A stretch of DNA of 64,000 bases from Camelus dromedarius (taxonomy: Eukaryota), in NCBI RefSeq assembly GCF_036321535.1, contig NC_087437.1:54810001-54874000 (forward strand). Direction: 5' to 3'. Under the pieces are notes generated by a model. The model ran no database searches and was not told the DNA's origin. It worked only from the letters and a program-made list of their open reading frames with translations. Position numbers and translations under genes: made by a program. Numbering within the stretch: position 1 is the first letter of the stretch; each line of letters opens with the position of its first letter. Shown in pieces: positions 25,880 through 39,000 of this stretch.

Positions 25880-27740
25880 CTCCACATTACTATCGTTGCC
25901 TAATCCCCTGATCCTGGCTGTCATTCACTGACCACTTGGCAAATGGTCCTCTGTATCCCCTCTGTGTCCAAGCTTTCAGTCTTGTTGGAAGATTTCAGGG
26001 CTCAACTTGTTTTTGGTCCCTTGACCTCTAATCTCCTGTGACTCTGATTTCCATTCAACTGTAGCCACCACTCCCAGGGTTCCACACCTGGATCTTGTTG
26101 TTGCCTGGCCCGTGAATCAAAGAATTAAAGAAACAAAACAAAAACACCCCCCTGTATTCTTCCAACTTGGTTAGGCTTCTACTCTACTCCATTATTTTTA
26201 ATTCTATTTCCCCATCAGTCTCTGCCTATATTTCTTCTTACCCAACTTAGACTGTATGATTCCATACTTGAGCCTACTCTCCCCACTGTTGACTTTCTCT
26301 CCTCCCAGAGTTTCACTTTGTGTGCCTGCCCTGTTTAAGCCTGCAGCACACTTAGGGCATCTGGCCAACTTTTCTAAGGTTTTGCACACCGTGCTCTCTT
26401 GGTTTTCTTCCTACCTTTCTGAGCAATTCCACTTTTAGGAATCTTCTTAGTTCCTCTTCTTCTGCCTTCCCTTGGATGTTGTAGATGGTGGTTTTCTTTG
26501 GTGGTGGTGATGGTTGGGATGAGGGCATCTTTCCCAGGATCTCTTCTTCTTCTACTTCCCATATTTGGTTTGGAGACTCTCACTTCTGTGGCCTCAACTA
26601 CCTGTGCTGTGATGTTGTTATAAAGATCTGTTTCAGCAAGTTTTCTTGCAGTTCAGATCCAGACCTTTCTAAATGCTTCTTGACCAGGGGCATTTGCATA
26701 TATCACAGAATACTTAGTCTGAACATGCCTCAAATAAATTCATCAACTTCTCTCCAGAATTCCTTCTCCTCCTGTGTGGTTAAACTGAATAGTGACACCA
26801 TCCAACCATTTCCCTAAGCCAGCAGCCTGGGTAGTATTTCTACACTCCTCTCTTTCCCTTATGGTCAATTTTGCCTCCCAAGTATTCCATAAACCTTTCT
26901 ACTTCTCCCCGTGTCCACTGCCTCTGAAGGATTTCACATGGACCACGTTTGCATGGCATTGGTAATGCACTCCTCACTGGTTTCCTTGTAGCCCCTTGCC
27001 TGCCACCCAGTCTCTCTTAAAATGTACATCTCACTGTACTATTGTCTTGTCCAACGTCTTTTTTTTTCAGCCTGGTCATATAACAGAGTGATTAAGAAAA
27101 CAGATCTTGAAAGCAAATAGAAGTGGGCTTAAATCTCACTTCCGTGCTGTGTGATCTTGGACAAGGAACCGTTTTTGGCTTGTTCCCGTATGTAAAATAG
27201 GAAGAGTAATAGCACTTTTTTAAAAAATATTTTTTAATTTTATTTTTAGGTGTTTTATGCCTTTTGGCTTCTTTTACCACTGTCTCTCTTACGCTCCATG
27301 AAGACACACTGGACTTGTCTCAGATCGCCGAGGGCACTGCGCTGCCCCTGGACAGTCCCATGCATTTCCTCTCCCTGGAACACTGTCCGCACCCCCAGCC
27401 CTCTGCTCGTGTCTCAGCGTTGGTGTCACTTCCCTTGAGAAATGTCCAGCAGCCTCCTCTGCTCTTGTGCAGTGTCAGTGCCCTTGCTACGGGTTCCTGT
27501 ATCTTTTCCCCTTGAACTTCCTCATCCTCACACTTTCTACCCTGTCCTGTAAGTGCTCCTTTACTCACCGCCTCCTCCTCCCCCCGAGCGGTCACTGTAC
27601 ACCCACTGCAAGTTCCAGGAGGACGCTGACCCCTGACCTTGACCATCCTGTGCAGCTTCCTGTCCCTGATGCGCAGGGCCTCTTCGCACAGTGTCTAGCG
27701 AAGATTGGGCACTCAGCAACTATTTGATGAATAAATGAGA
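25880..27740 (+). mobile_element. Long L2 (LINE2) 3' fragment, interrupted by a MIR-like piece at about 27075-27215
   Basis: Pyrimidine-rich L2 motifs (ctctcttggttttcttcctaccttt, ttagtctgaacatgcctcaaataaa, ctcactggtttccttg). The terminus cacagtgtctagc...gcactcagcaactatttgatgaataaatga is an L2-type 3' end. Confidence 0.75.
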
Positions 27741-28099
27741 CCTCACTAATTCACCGATGTTTCGACAAAGTGATCACATTCTTGCTTCTGCGGGAGAAAA
27801 CGAACCATAGAAATATGTTTCCAGCCTGGGTGATGGCTCCCTAGGAACCTGCCTGCTTCTAGAGGGCTGTTTACACAATCAAATCAAGTGGTATCCTGCT
27901 AGGAGGGAAAGCCCCAGGACAAGTCCCTGGTCCTGACCGCAAAGTTCTGTGTTTTCTGGCTCTCCTCTTGAAGTCTTGGTTTCAGCAAAGTAGCATTTTT
28001 ATCTTCCCCCCATAATCCTGTAAATGTAATATAGAAATGTGTGTACACTAAACCCCCAATAGATTATAACGTTAGGCCTCAGGCGGGGCAGCAGACAAC

Positions 28100-28470
28100 A
28101 AACCTATTTTTAGCATTACTTGGAAGGAAGTTTCTAGGTGTGTAGCTAACGAGCGTTCATGGAGAGCGGCTTTACTTTTCTATCAAGCTTTTGGGGGATT
28201 TTTTTTTTTTTTAACAGTTCTACATACTGAAAGAAAGTTCACAAATTTTAAAAGGAAATGTGGCCCTTTTCATTAGCTCCTTTTACCTCATGCTGAGTCA
28301 TGGATGAGAGAGAATTTGTAGGCGGCTGAGCTGCAGGAAAAGTCATCCTGTCATTTACACTTGCAGGCTGCTATGCTTTCCAGAAAACTTTTTCCGTAGG
28401 TTGTGAAAGTGATTAATCTGCTGTTAAAACTGACAAAGAAGGTTCTCTGATAAGAGCAAGAGTTAAATGA
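28100..28470. promoter_or_regulatory. Candidate intronic enhancer (MEF2, ETS and ARE/MARE consensus sites)
   Basis: CTATTTTTAG at 28104-28113, AGGAAGT at 28125-28131 and TGCTGAGTCAT at 28291-28301, in non-repeat DNA. Motif evidence only. Confidence 0.35.
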
Positions 28471-29920
28471 GGGTTTTTTTTTTCTTTAAAAAGTAAGCTC
28501 CTATTTCTAGTTTTAGGCTAGAAAAAAATAGGTTTAGAAGTTGTTTTTTCCTTTTAGTCTTTTTGCGTCTGTGTGAATTTGGTCACGGCTTAAAACTATC
28601 ACAGGACATTTTCTATTTAAATTATGTCTATTTATTGGCATGGTTCATGCCTTATGTTTTATATCTAAATTATTCATTTCTACATCCTGTTCCTTTGGGG
28701 TTTTTTTTTTTTTTCATATCTCTATATCTGGATCTTACTTTTTAATACTCTACACATCATCTTACTTCTCAAACCCAGATGTCTTCAACCAACTTCTTTT
28801 CGAAGACGGTCCCCATTCCTTCTGTGATGTGAACTCCTCCCTCTGAAAATTTGTGTTCATGTAACAGTTCTACAACCATTTAAAACCCTTGAACAAAAGT
28901 TGTTTGGTATAATTGACATGAAACATCATTGACTTAAGAGTTTAAAAAATATGTTTTTATCTTTTATTCACAAAATGACTCTGAGATGTCAAGCTTTTTT
29001 CCACTGAGTTCTGGCGAATATACATGTCAGTTGAACTTTTCTCTTGGGTCCCCACATTTCACTACCAACCTAAAGGAACACATAAATAAATAAATCACAT
29101 GGCATAAGTTAGATTTTTTATAATTCCACAGAGAAGCAGTGACTCATTTAGAGAAATCAGAGTCCTCAAGACAGTTAAATAACATGTTAAAAGTTTATTA
29201 AATATGCTACCTTTAGCATTTTAATGCCTGTTTGTTTGTTTATTTTTAAATAACAAGTTCATATGGGCAGTTAAAATGCACTGGCTGGACCCTCTTTGTT
29301 TTACATTTTCCTTCTTCTAAGCCCACCATTTATGTTAGGATGTGTCAGGTTATTTCCCTTTTATGTTCTTCTTCTTCTCCTTGTTTTTTGAAGACTGACT
29401 TCTGAGCTTGAGCCATTCTGGCAGTTGGATGGATTCCTGGGAATAGAGTGGAAAGAGGATTCTCTCCTAGCTCTGACGGCAGGGACCCCAGTGAGACAGA
29501 GGAACTGTCCCTTCTCTAACCAGGTGGACCAGTCTAGGGGACTTGACATTCTTCTTTCAGGCCTAACGTCTGAATATACATACTGCTTTTGCCCCTAGGC
29601 TCCAAATTCAGGTTTTAAAATTCTGAAGTTGAAAATGTCCAAACTGTTTACAATTGAAAACCTGTTCACTATTTCTGTGTATTTTTATGGCTATTTCATG
29701 GGGGTGAAAAATCTAGGACATGTAGAGGTACTTATTTTGTATCTGAATTGCCAAGATTATTTCTATTCCTTCATTAAATGTGTGTGAAATATATGCAGAC
29801 ACGCACATAAACACACTTCTGTGTATTTCTCTATATTTGTAAATCTACATAAAGAATAGCATTATTAGGTAACACTTGTACAGTTTCTTCATCCATCTGC
29901 AAAGGCTGCCACATACTGCA

Positions 29921-30070
29921 TCTTTTTCTCTTTGGGGGGAGTTGGGGGCATTAGGTCTATTTATTTATTATTAGTTTTTTTTTTTTTTTTTTAATGAAGG
30001 TACTGGGGATTGAATCCAGGACCTTGTGCATGCTAAACACACACTCTACCACTGGGCTATACCTTCCCCC
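29921..30070 (-). mobile_element. tRNA-derived SINE (camelid vic-1-like) with TSD
   Basis: The reverse complement reads GGGGGAAGGTATAGCCCAGTGGTAGAG...GGATTCAATCCCCAGTACC...A-run...AAATAAATAGACCTAAT. It is flanked by cacatactgc (29910-29919) and cacattctgc (30071-30080), the latter followed by ttttaa. Confidence 0.85.
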
Positions 30071-31889
30071 CACATTCTGCTTTTAAGAAGAGCAAAGTCA
30101 TTGCTACCTGCAGAAGTGCCGGTTTTCACAGCAACATGGAATACCTTTTAAACCAGAAGGGAAAAAAAGCTTTTTTGTTGTTGCTTTTATTATTGTTGCT
30201 GAGATGAACTGATTTAATTTGACTATAGTGTTTTTAAATTAGGCACACTTTGACTTGGCATTTTTAAAAGGAAAAAGCTCTATAGGTTTTATGGAAAAGT
30301 CTTTTTCTTAACCAAATGCCAGTGACAAAATGTAGACCAGAAAGTAGCCGTGAAGCAACAGTAGTGAGAGATGATCGTGGTTTAGTGGGAGGAAATGACC
30401 CTGTAGGGAGCGGTACAAGTGCAGTGAATTATGAGTCGCTACTAAATAGGTTTCATTAGTCCACCACTGACTGTGCTGAATTGATGTTAGAAGGGATTCT
30501 GGAAAACTTTGGAAAGTACGTGTATGAAACCTTGGTGTTCAGCTAAGAAGAGTCTTTAGAGTATCTGTTTTAAAAGTTAGAAGCAGTTGATTGTGTGTGA
30601 GGGTCCACAAGGCAGCGCCATGTCGCTGACACATGCTTACAGGGAAGCTTTTAACGTCTCCTAAGAGAAGTGGACCCGCAGAATGCGGGGCGATGGAACA
30701 CGTGACAGTTGCAGATGAGTTTCCCCTTCGTCCTAGGTATTTCCCACAAAATATAATGGACCTTGAATGTTGCTCTGAAGTCAGTTGACTCTGCTGAGGA
30801 CTGGAACACAAGAGGGCATTTATAGTGATTATTTTTATGTTGTTACCCTATGTGGTCTGCACAGCCTGGGTGCCAGATGCTAAATTCTATCAACATAATG
30901 TATCTTTAATTAAATACTATATTTGCAATGCAATTAATAATGTGGTCTGTTTCCATAACTTTATTAAGAAATTACCATAATTTTTGTATTAAGGTAATAA
31001 AAAGGCAGTGTGGTTTGAAGCAGCCTTTCCTAAAGTGGTTATGTACTTTGTGTCTGTTGAATTTTGAATTTAGGTTAAGAGACTGATGGCCAGGATTATC
31101 TGATGCAGTGCAGTCAAGACTTTACATTAGTAAGGGATCTTGTAGGATCTCGTATTATTTTTTCTTTCCTTAAAATAAAATAGATTTCTTGCTTTTCAAT
31201 GGGCTCACTATTTAAATAAGAGGTGAGAAAATAATTCATCTGTTGGCTTTGGGCTCTCTCCCTCCTCTAACTCTGAAAACCCCAAGCAGTATCAAATAAT
31301 GTGAATTTCAAGTAGCATACAGTGCATTGGACTGTGATGGTCCCTAATGAATGGAAAGTCATGCTTCTGGTTCTGTGGCTATCCTTGATGTTGTTTTAGT
31401 TTTCACAATGTGTTAACAGATAATTAAATTTCCCCAGTGTCCTGTGAGGAAAGAATTTTAAATGGCACCACACGTGGAGAAAAATCTTTGATATTTAAAA
31501 ATAATATTATCTTTTAAACTGAGCTCATATGTGGATACAGAATAGTGTACCTAGCTATGACAATAGGGACTTATTAAAAAAATATTTTGTAAGCTGCCTT
31601 TTTCAAGCTGTTTGAAAATGTCACCCTCAGCTAAACAGAAGCAATTTGCATCAGAGGTGTGTGTGTGTCCTTACTCTTAATGAAACAACAATCTCTCATC
31701 AGAAAGTAATTGTTCTCCTTGCAGTGCAGTTTTTTTCTCAGCACTGAGTGTCCCTCTCCTGCCCTTCTTTTGCCCTAAAACGTGTCCCTTAATTCTATCA
31801 GGTTAGTTGTCAACTAAAATTAAAGGCAGATGTTACCCTTCACAATCTGTCCTGATCTAATTTTGCTGCCTTGTCTTAGGTACTTGCTT

Positions 31890-32050
31890 TTAGTGTAGAA
31901 GTGGCTAACAGAACAACTTTGGAACCACAAAGTGCAGGTTCAGACACCAATGTTAGATTATTCTGTGACCTTGGACAAATTGCTTAAGCTCACTAGACCT
32001 CAGTTTCCTCATCTATAAAGTGGGAATAAGAGACCCTTCCTCCATTGAAT
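31890..32050 (+). mobile_element. MIR
   Basis: ctgtgaccttggacaaattgcttaagctcactagacctcagtttcctcatctataaagtgggaataa. Confidence 0.8.
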
Positions 32051-35000
32051 GGAAAGCGCCTAGAAAAGGACTGGCTCATAGGATGTCTGAGCTGTTATTA
32101 AATTCCTGCCGCACTTGATTGCTCCTTCTGTGTGCCCTATCCTTTTGTCTGTGCTTCTGCTCACATCTTTTGGTTGAAACAGAATCCACGCTCCTCCTGC
32201 AAGGCAGGTGCGTGCAAATGCATAAGGTGAAGCCATCTTCATGTTCTAATTCTGCCCACCCCATGAGATAGCTCAGAGAGCCCCTCTCTGCCTGCCAGTT
32301 TGGGACTAATCCATCTGAAATCTTAATAACTTCTCTTCTGTTTCTTAACATTCTCAACTCTAATGCTGTTGGCATTTACTAGTGTTATTTTGTCTCTCTT
32401 CCTGGTATGTGAACTGCTTGAATCCAGGGAACTCATGTGATGAATTTCTCCCTCCTCCAAAGAGCCCGCTGCCTTGTGATCTGCTGTGCCTATTAGCAAA
32501 GAGTGCTTTTCTTTACATTTTATTTGAAACACTTTTGAATGTACATGATGTATTCTCTTATTTTTCCATTAATCCGATCACTTCTGGGCATTGACAAAGG
32601 TCAGAAAATTAGGAGGAACAAAAATAGACACTTTTAGTCCATTTAAGCAATACGCGAGTTCCTCTTGTGTTTCCTTCCTTCATTTAGCTCTTGGTAGTTT
32701 CGCAAAAGAATGACGAATTCCTTATTAAAGGAAAATGAAAGCAAATTTGTTACTTCTATTGTATAAATGACATTCTTTATCAATTGATAACTAGGTATAA
32801 TATTTAAATATATACAGTCAATGCACATGTGTACTGTATTTTTGAAGACTACAAGAAACTCTGAGGGCTGTGTTTTTTTTTTTGCAATTTTTTTTCTTGC
32901 AATGTTCATATGGGTTATAAACCAATAGTTACATTCTGGAAACTCTAATTAATGTCTTTAACATAACTCCGTTATGTCTTTAAAAATATTATATTTGGAA
33001 ATAATATTTTAACACTATATTCCACGATAAAAATTATGTTGCATTATTTCTTTACTGCTGAAAGCTTGTGAAGCTTAAAATAGTTTAATCTTTATACATT
33101 AAAGCTCTTGATTATATTTTAAAAACAAATCATACAATCATTAAACAGGTTAGTTTTGTCAGTTCTATTGGGAAATATTTTATTATTAGACTTTTCAAAG
33201 ACGGTAGACTTTATTAAAAATAACAGATTTTGAATTAAAGACATGAAATGCATTACTTGTATAACTCCATTTAAAAATATGAAGGTTTTAGTATTTGCAT
33301 CATTTTTGCTTGATTTTATTTTTGTTTCCACTTTCTTTTGCATTGTTTGTTTTTGCAGCAGTGTTTGCATGTCTTTTCTTGTTTCTATTGCATCGCACAG
33401 CACTCTTTTACATAGATTTAAATAACCATTATGGTTCCGCAGTGCTCAGTGATAGTTCATTTATTCTAGGGCAGTCATTTCAATATCATAGATCCGAGTA
33501 AGTGATCGAAGCAGACCAAACAGTATGGCTTATTTCATAGTGGTATGTTAGTTTAGGTTTACTCTTTACAGATGCTTCTTGTTTCCGTAGAGTGCACCTA
33601 AGAATAATTTACATTTTCTTCCGTATTTCTTAAAGCAAATATTTTTTTTCCATTTTTTAAATAGACAAGTTATTACAAAAGAAATATTTCACTTTTATTA
33701 GAGGAAAGACTACACTGTAAGCAATGAGATAAATGGGTAATTGGCACCTAGTTTCTGACTGGGGAGCACTCCTAGGGGTGGTGGGGCATTCGGCAGCTTT
33801 AACCAAAGCTGCATCGTAGCAGAGCACTCAGTGTTGCTAGATCCCTGGGACTGAGTTCTGTGTAAATGGCCTGTGACCTCTGAGACCTTTCATCTGTGAG
33901 ATATGACACCACTGGAAAACAGTCCGTTTACTGCTTTATTTAACAAAGCCAAGCTGATCAGGCTTTTCTAACTCCAAATCCCAATTTTAGTTAAACTATT
34001 TAGATGAAATCTACTAAGTATGTGAAATAGATACTGTATAATTGGGGGGGGGGGGTTCGCTGTTTTTTGTTTATTTTCTCCTTCCTCCAAGGGTTTACAT
34101 AGGAATCTCCACAACCAGATGATAACTCGTCGAATCAGAGGCCAGATTATATCTTTGGATTTTGGCCAGAAGGTAAATCATTCAGGTCACTTGGACACAT
34201 GTATTGTGCTTCCCCACTAAATTGTCTAACCCTTCTGTTCAGACACATGCATGACTACTGTAATCCTTGAATTTCCCAAGAGAAAGAAATCACCCTCTCT
34301 CTTAATGGGACCATAGACTACTTGATGGGAATAACACCACTTGATTCTGACTACCAGAATTGAAGCCTTCACTTTTAACAGCATAATTCCATGATTCCAT
34401 TTCTCTGTGTTCTGACACCCTAGGTATCTGAACAATGATTGTTTTCAAGCATATTTTCTTGGTTTCCATTAAATTGGCCACACCATTGGATCTCATTTGC
34501 TGTGCACCTATTCATATTTGGAAATAGCATTGTACAAAATAAAAGATTCTAAAAAAAAGATCTGCTGGGACAGAATGTGTACAGGTGTAAGCTCTCCAGT
34601 TAATGCTCCGGGAGCCTTTTTCCTTTGAGCTTTGTCTCTCATTAGGGCCTCACCATTTCTTGCCTGGATTATTGCCATAACTCCTCATCTGGCTTCCTTT
34701 ATGCCCTTTATAAAATATGGCTTCCAGATTAAGAATTCTTCAACACAGCCCTGGTCCTGTCCTTCTACTTTTGGCTTCCTAACAATCTACCTGTTTTGGA
34801 AATAGAAGGAATGTGATACTCATAATGGTAATAATGATAGTAACAGTAATAATACCTGAATGCTCTTAGATGCTCCATCTCAAATATCAAGTGTCTTGAG
34901 ACAAGGAGAGTTTTGGAATTCAGTATCAGAGGGTTTAACATTGAGGTATTTGGTGTGGGTCTGAATTGCATGTGTCTAGTGTGGCTGATTGAAAGAAGAT

Positions 35001-36008
35001 CATCTGATATACATGAGAAGTGAGTAGGTGGGGGGTTGACATTTTGGTAGAAGTGCTTGCTTGGAGTTTTGATAAACCACTGCACCTCCTCAGATCTTTG
35101 TTATCAGAAACAAACTTCTTTGTGAAGAAAATACAGCATCATTCAGGACAGTGGGAAAATCTTAGTGCTTTCCATCCTGGTCTTGGTTTTACAATTAAAT
35201 ATATATGCTAATTGGTAAGTTACTGTGTTTGAATGTTCATATCTGTTAAAGCAGATTGACTACTTGGTTGCCACATTTAAATAGCTTTTTTGCAGAATTT
35301 TAAAATTTATTATCTATGATATGTTAAAAGAAAAAGTAAGATATATATAAAAAAAGCATTCACATTTAAGCACCAACACTCATACCAACCACACATATAT
35401 ATGCACACGTGCACACATATACACAAACATACTCAGACACACACACACACACACACATAAATGCATAGGGGAAAAAAGCTTGGAAATTTACTGAAACTTA
35501 ACAGTTATTATTAAGGTTTTGAATTATGAGTGTTTTCCATTTTCTTTATTAATCTTGTTCTTATTTCCCCTGTTTTCTACAATGAGTATTACTGTTTTGA
35601 TGAAGAAACTGGAACTTAATGAGGGCTTGCCTAACACTGCCACTCACAACTCAAAGAAACAGTGAATGATATCATTTTGTTCAACCATCGCTAAGAAATC
35701 ATGGAGAGTCATGGAAATAAATATAATCAAAGTTGAATTGTATCCTTATAATAATAAAATAACTTACTGAATAGTTCCGCTGCCTGCCATCTATGAAGAT
35801 TATTTTTGGGAAATTGTATGTTTTACTGCTTTTCTTTTTAGCTGCACAGGTGTTGAGTGAAGAAACCTACCAATAAAATGAAAAGCTTTATAGATTACAT
35901 CTCTAATGCCTGGGATCATTTGTAGTAATTTTTCCCTTTTTATTTTTGTAATTTTCCCTTTTTCTCACCAAATAGTGATGTAGTTGGTGCCCAGAACTCA
36001 CAAGAGCA

Positions 36009-36010
<2 letters not shown>

Positions 36011-36048
<38 letters not shown>
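36011..36048. repeat. (CA)19 microsatellite
   Basis: Read directly from the sequence. Confidence 0.95.
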
Positions 36049-36050
<2 letters not shown>

Positions 36051-39000
36051 AAAGAAAATAGGGGATGACTTCATACTTGAATATATTTATTCATTAATGC
36101 ATTAATTCCTCAACGATATTTTGATAGCCTTTTGTGATTTAATCTTCATGCTACCTTGTTCTAAATGTTACGAAAGGATGAATAGATGAGCAGTAGAACA
36201 CGGTCCCTACTCTCAAATTACATCATTTGCACAATTCCAGCTAAAGAATGCTTAAATTACCTAAGATGATGGCATTTATCTGAGATACATACTATATCAG
36301 AGGAATAACAGACTAGGGTGAGATGCTAGAATTCAGCTGCTTCTGTGATGTTCAAAAAAGGAAGCATTTCTTAGCCAGCATCTGGAGGGGGATGGAGCTG
36401 AGGAATGGAGAAGACAACCACTCACCTAACGTCTTTCAATAGTTTCAGAGCAGAGTGGAGGACCCTGGCCCTTGGTCTCTGAAGACAGTGTGCCTTTTGG
36501 CTGGCTAGAACTCAGCTCTATGTTTAAAGAATGAATGGGTTGCAGTAGAGTAATGTCTTCCAAGTAGAGTTTGTCAGACTTTTGGGAATCTGAGAAGTTT
36601 CCACTGGTTTTCTGCATGTTTCCCCCAACTATAGTTGAATTCATTAAGACCAGGAACCATAACTTGTTACCTAGCAGTTGGCAAAATCCCTGGTATTTAG
36701 AAGGTGGTCAGTTAATGGTTGATGACTATATGAATGACACCATTTGTCAAGAAAAAATTCTAAAGTCATATATTCAGAGGCAACTAATATCATATTTCTT
36801 TGCTTTTGGATGACTTGGTGATTCAGTATGTTCTTTAAAAGGAAAAGATATTTGGAGTTACGATTCTTTGTAAATAAAGCTATTGTATTTTAAATATAAG
36901 TATACAAGTTTATTTTATAAAAGAAAATGAAGGGGGAAAATAATACCTATATTCTTAATAATAACCACTCAGTCATTTTTGTTTTTCTTATTCAAATATT
37001 GGATTAAAATCATGCTATATGTACAAGTTTATGTCCTTTTATTTTCTTGTAACTTTATAACAAAAGGGGTTAAGCATTCTGTAACATATATGGATCTTGA
37101 GATGTATCAAAATGAATCTTGCAAGCAGTATCAGAATGAAAAGTGTCTCAGTTTATATGCCATTCCAGAGGACCTTGGGTATCAGAGTTCACAGGATCAA
37201 AGGCAGTCCTGGGATGTTCTGCGCTACCAGAGGTCTTTGAATTCTTCCATTCAAAGCCCTTTATCTTAGAAAGAGGAAATTGAGACCCAAAGAACAAAAT
37301 TAAGTGGAATTGTTTAACCCAGAGCTTTCAGATCTTCTTGTCCCAATTTAAATTTGGGTCCTGAAGAATATTTATCTTTGATGTTGTTACTGTTTTCTAC
37401 TTTGTATTTCTAAAAAGAAAGAAAAACGGATAAAATAACTCTTCATTTTACCTTCAGAAGGAAGTTCCACTGGAGAAATGAGCCCCCAAGTGTTTGAATG
37501 GTCAGCCTTGTGTAGGATTTCAACTGTTGAAGGATTTCAGTGGTGGTGCTCATTCCCTGATCGTGGCCTAGCCACCATTCTCTTGCTTTTCCATAAAGCG
37601 TGGCCACCGTGGGCCGTAGTCAAAATAATGGTGTCTCTCCCGTAAGCTATCCTCAAATTTCCAGCTGATAGTGTCTTACTAGAAAAGAAAAAAAAACCAT
37701 GAATTCTCAACTACTTCAGATTCCAACACATGTAGTGCACTGCATGATCGAAAACATCAAATGGACTCTGTCTGCAAAGCTTTCACAAATATACATGGAC
37801 AAAATAGCAAGGGGTATTTGGGGACCAATTGCACTAGGACTACTGTCCCTGTTGTCATTGGTGTTTTTAAGAAGACCCTCCATAGGTTGCAAAACACTGT
37901 GCCAATTTCCCTTCACTTCTGAGGTTATAAGCTCAACCCTATTACCTAAGTCATTGCCCAGAGAAAGTGAGAAGGGAGCTACCTTAACTGTGTACTCTGT
38001 GATTGAGTGACAAAGACAGGCGTGAGAGAGACCTTTGCTTCCAGCTCAACTCCTCCATTGCCTCGCCCTTTTCAGGCCACACCAACTACCAGAAATGAAT
38101 CTACCCCATGTGGTCACTGCAGGATTTATCTGGGCATTTGCTGAACCTGCTTGCAATTTATTTTTATGTCTTCCGTTAGACGTGGATTTGGCACAGGAGA
38201 GTGAATTCTTTCTGGAACAGCAGATGTGCCTGGTACACTCATTTGCTATAACCATTTGTGCTGTGGTTGAAAAAAAAAATTTTTTTAAGAGTGCAGAATT
38301 GTTGAAGGGGGAGGGTTAAAAAACCAGAACCATTTTAGCGATTATGCAAAGTTGGAATGTGAGTAATTTTGCTGCAGTTAGTCATTATGTGCTTTCATAG
38401 CTTGTTTTACAAGGATAAAGGGATATATACAGGTTTGGTGAATAGAGCTCTTATTTGTCCCTAATAGTCGCTTTTTATGAAAACATTTTCTACCCCGTCT
38501 CCTACTCTGTGGCAAAAGTGCTTTCTCCTTAAAAATTATACCCTTGTGTGATTCAGCCCTTTTATACGTCTACAATAAGTGGACAAACAGCCTCCATTTC
38601 TGAGAACAAATGTGTTAGGAGAAGAGAAACTTCATTTTCCCATACAATGTATAATGCGGATGATGTATGTTTGACTCATAATAATCTAGTGATCATTTAA
38701 AAATGAGCATATTTTCTGCAAAAATAAAAAAAAGTAACTGAGCAGATGTCTAGTGGCTGTGCTCTGAGCTTAACATGCTCTAAATATGCTGCCCTTCCAG
38801 CGTTTTATTTGACAGATTTGGTCGTCTTCGCAAGTTCGGCTCGCTGTGTTCTCCGAGGACTGTAGCACACCACCTAGTCCTTTTTTTGCTGCGCTTTCGG
38901 TCACCCAGATTCCTTTGGACATATGTGAACGAAGGTCTGTTTGTTTCCCCTGAAGCAAATATAGCCACATGCTCACACTGGTGGCTTCCCTCGCCGAGTC

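Noticed and set aside
26559..26568. Perfect CArG box CCATATTTGG (LPP is an SRF/myocardin target); CCAAAAAAGG also occurs at about 23827 and 50223
   Set aside because: It lies inside an L2 relic, and a handful of CC(A/T)6GG matches are expected by chance in 64 kb of AT-rich DNA.
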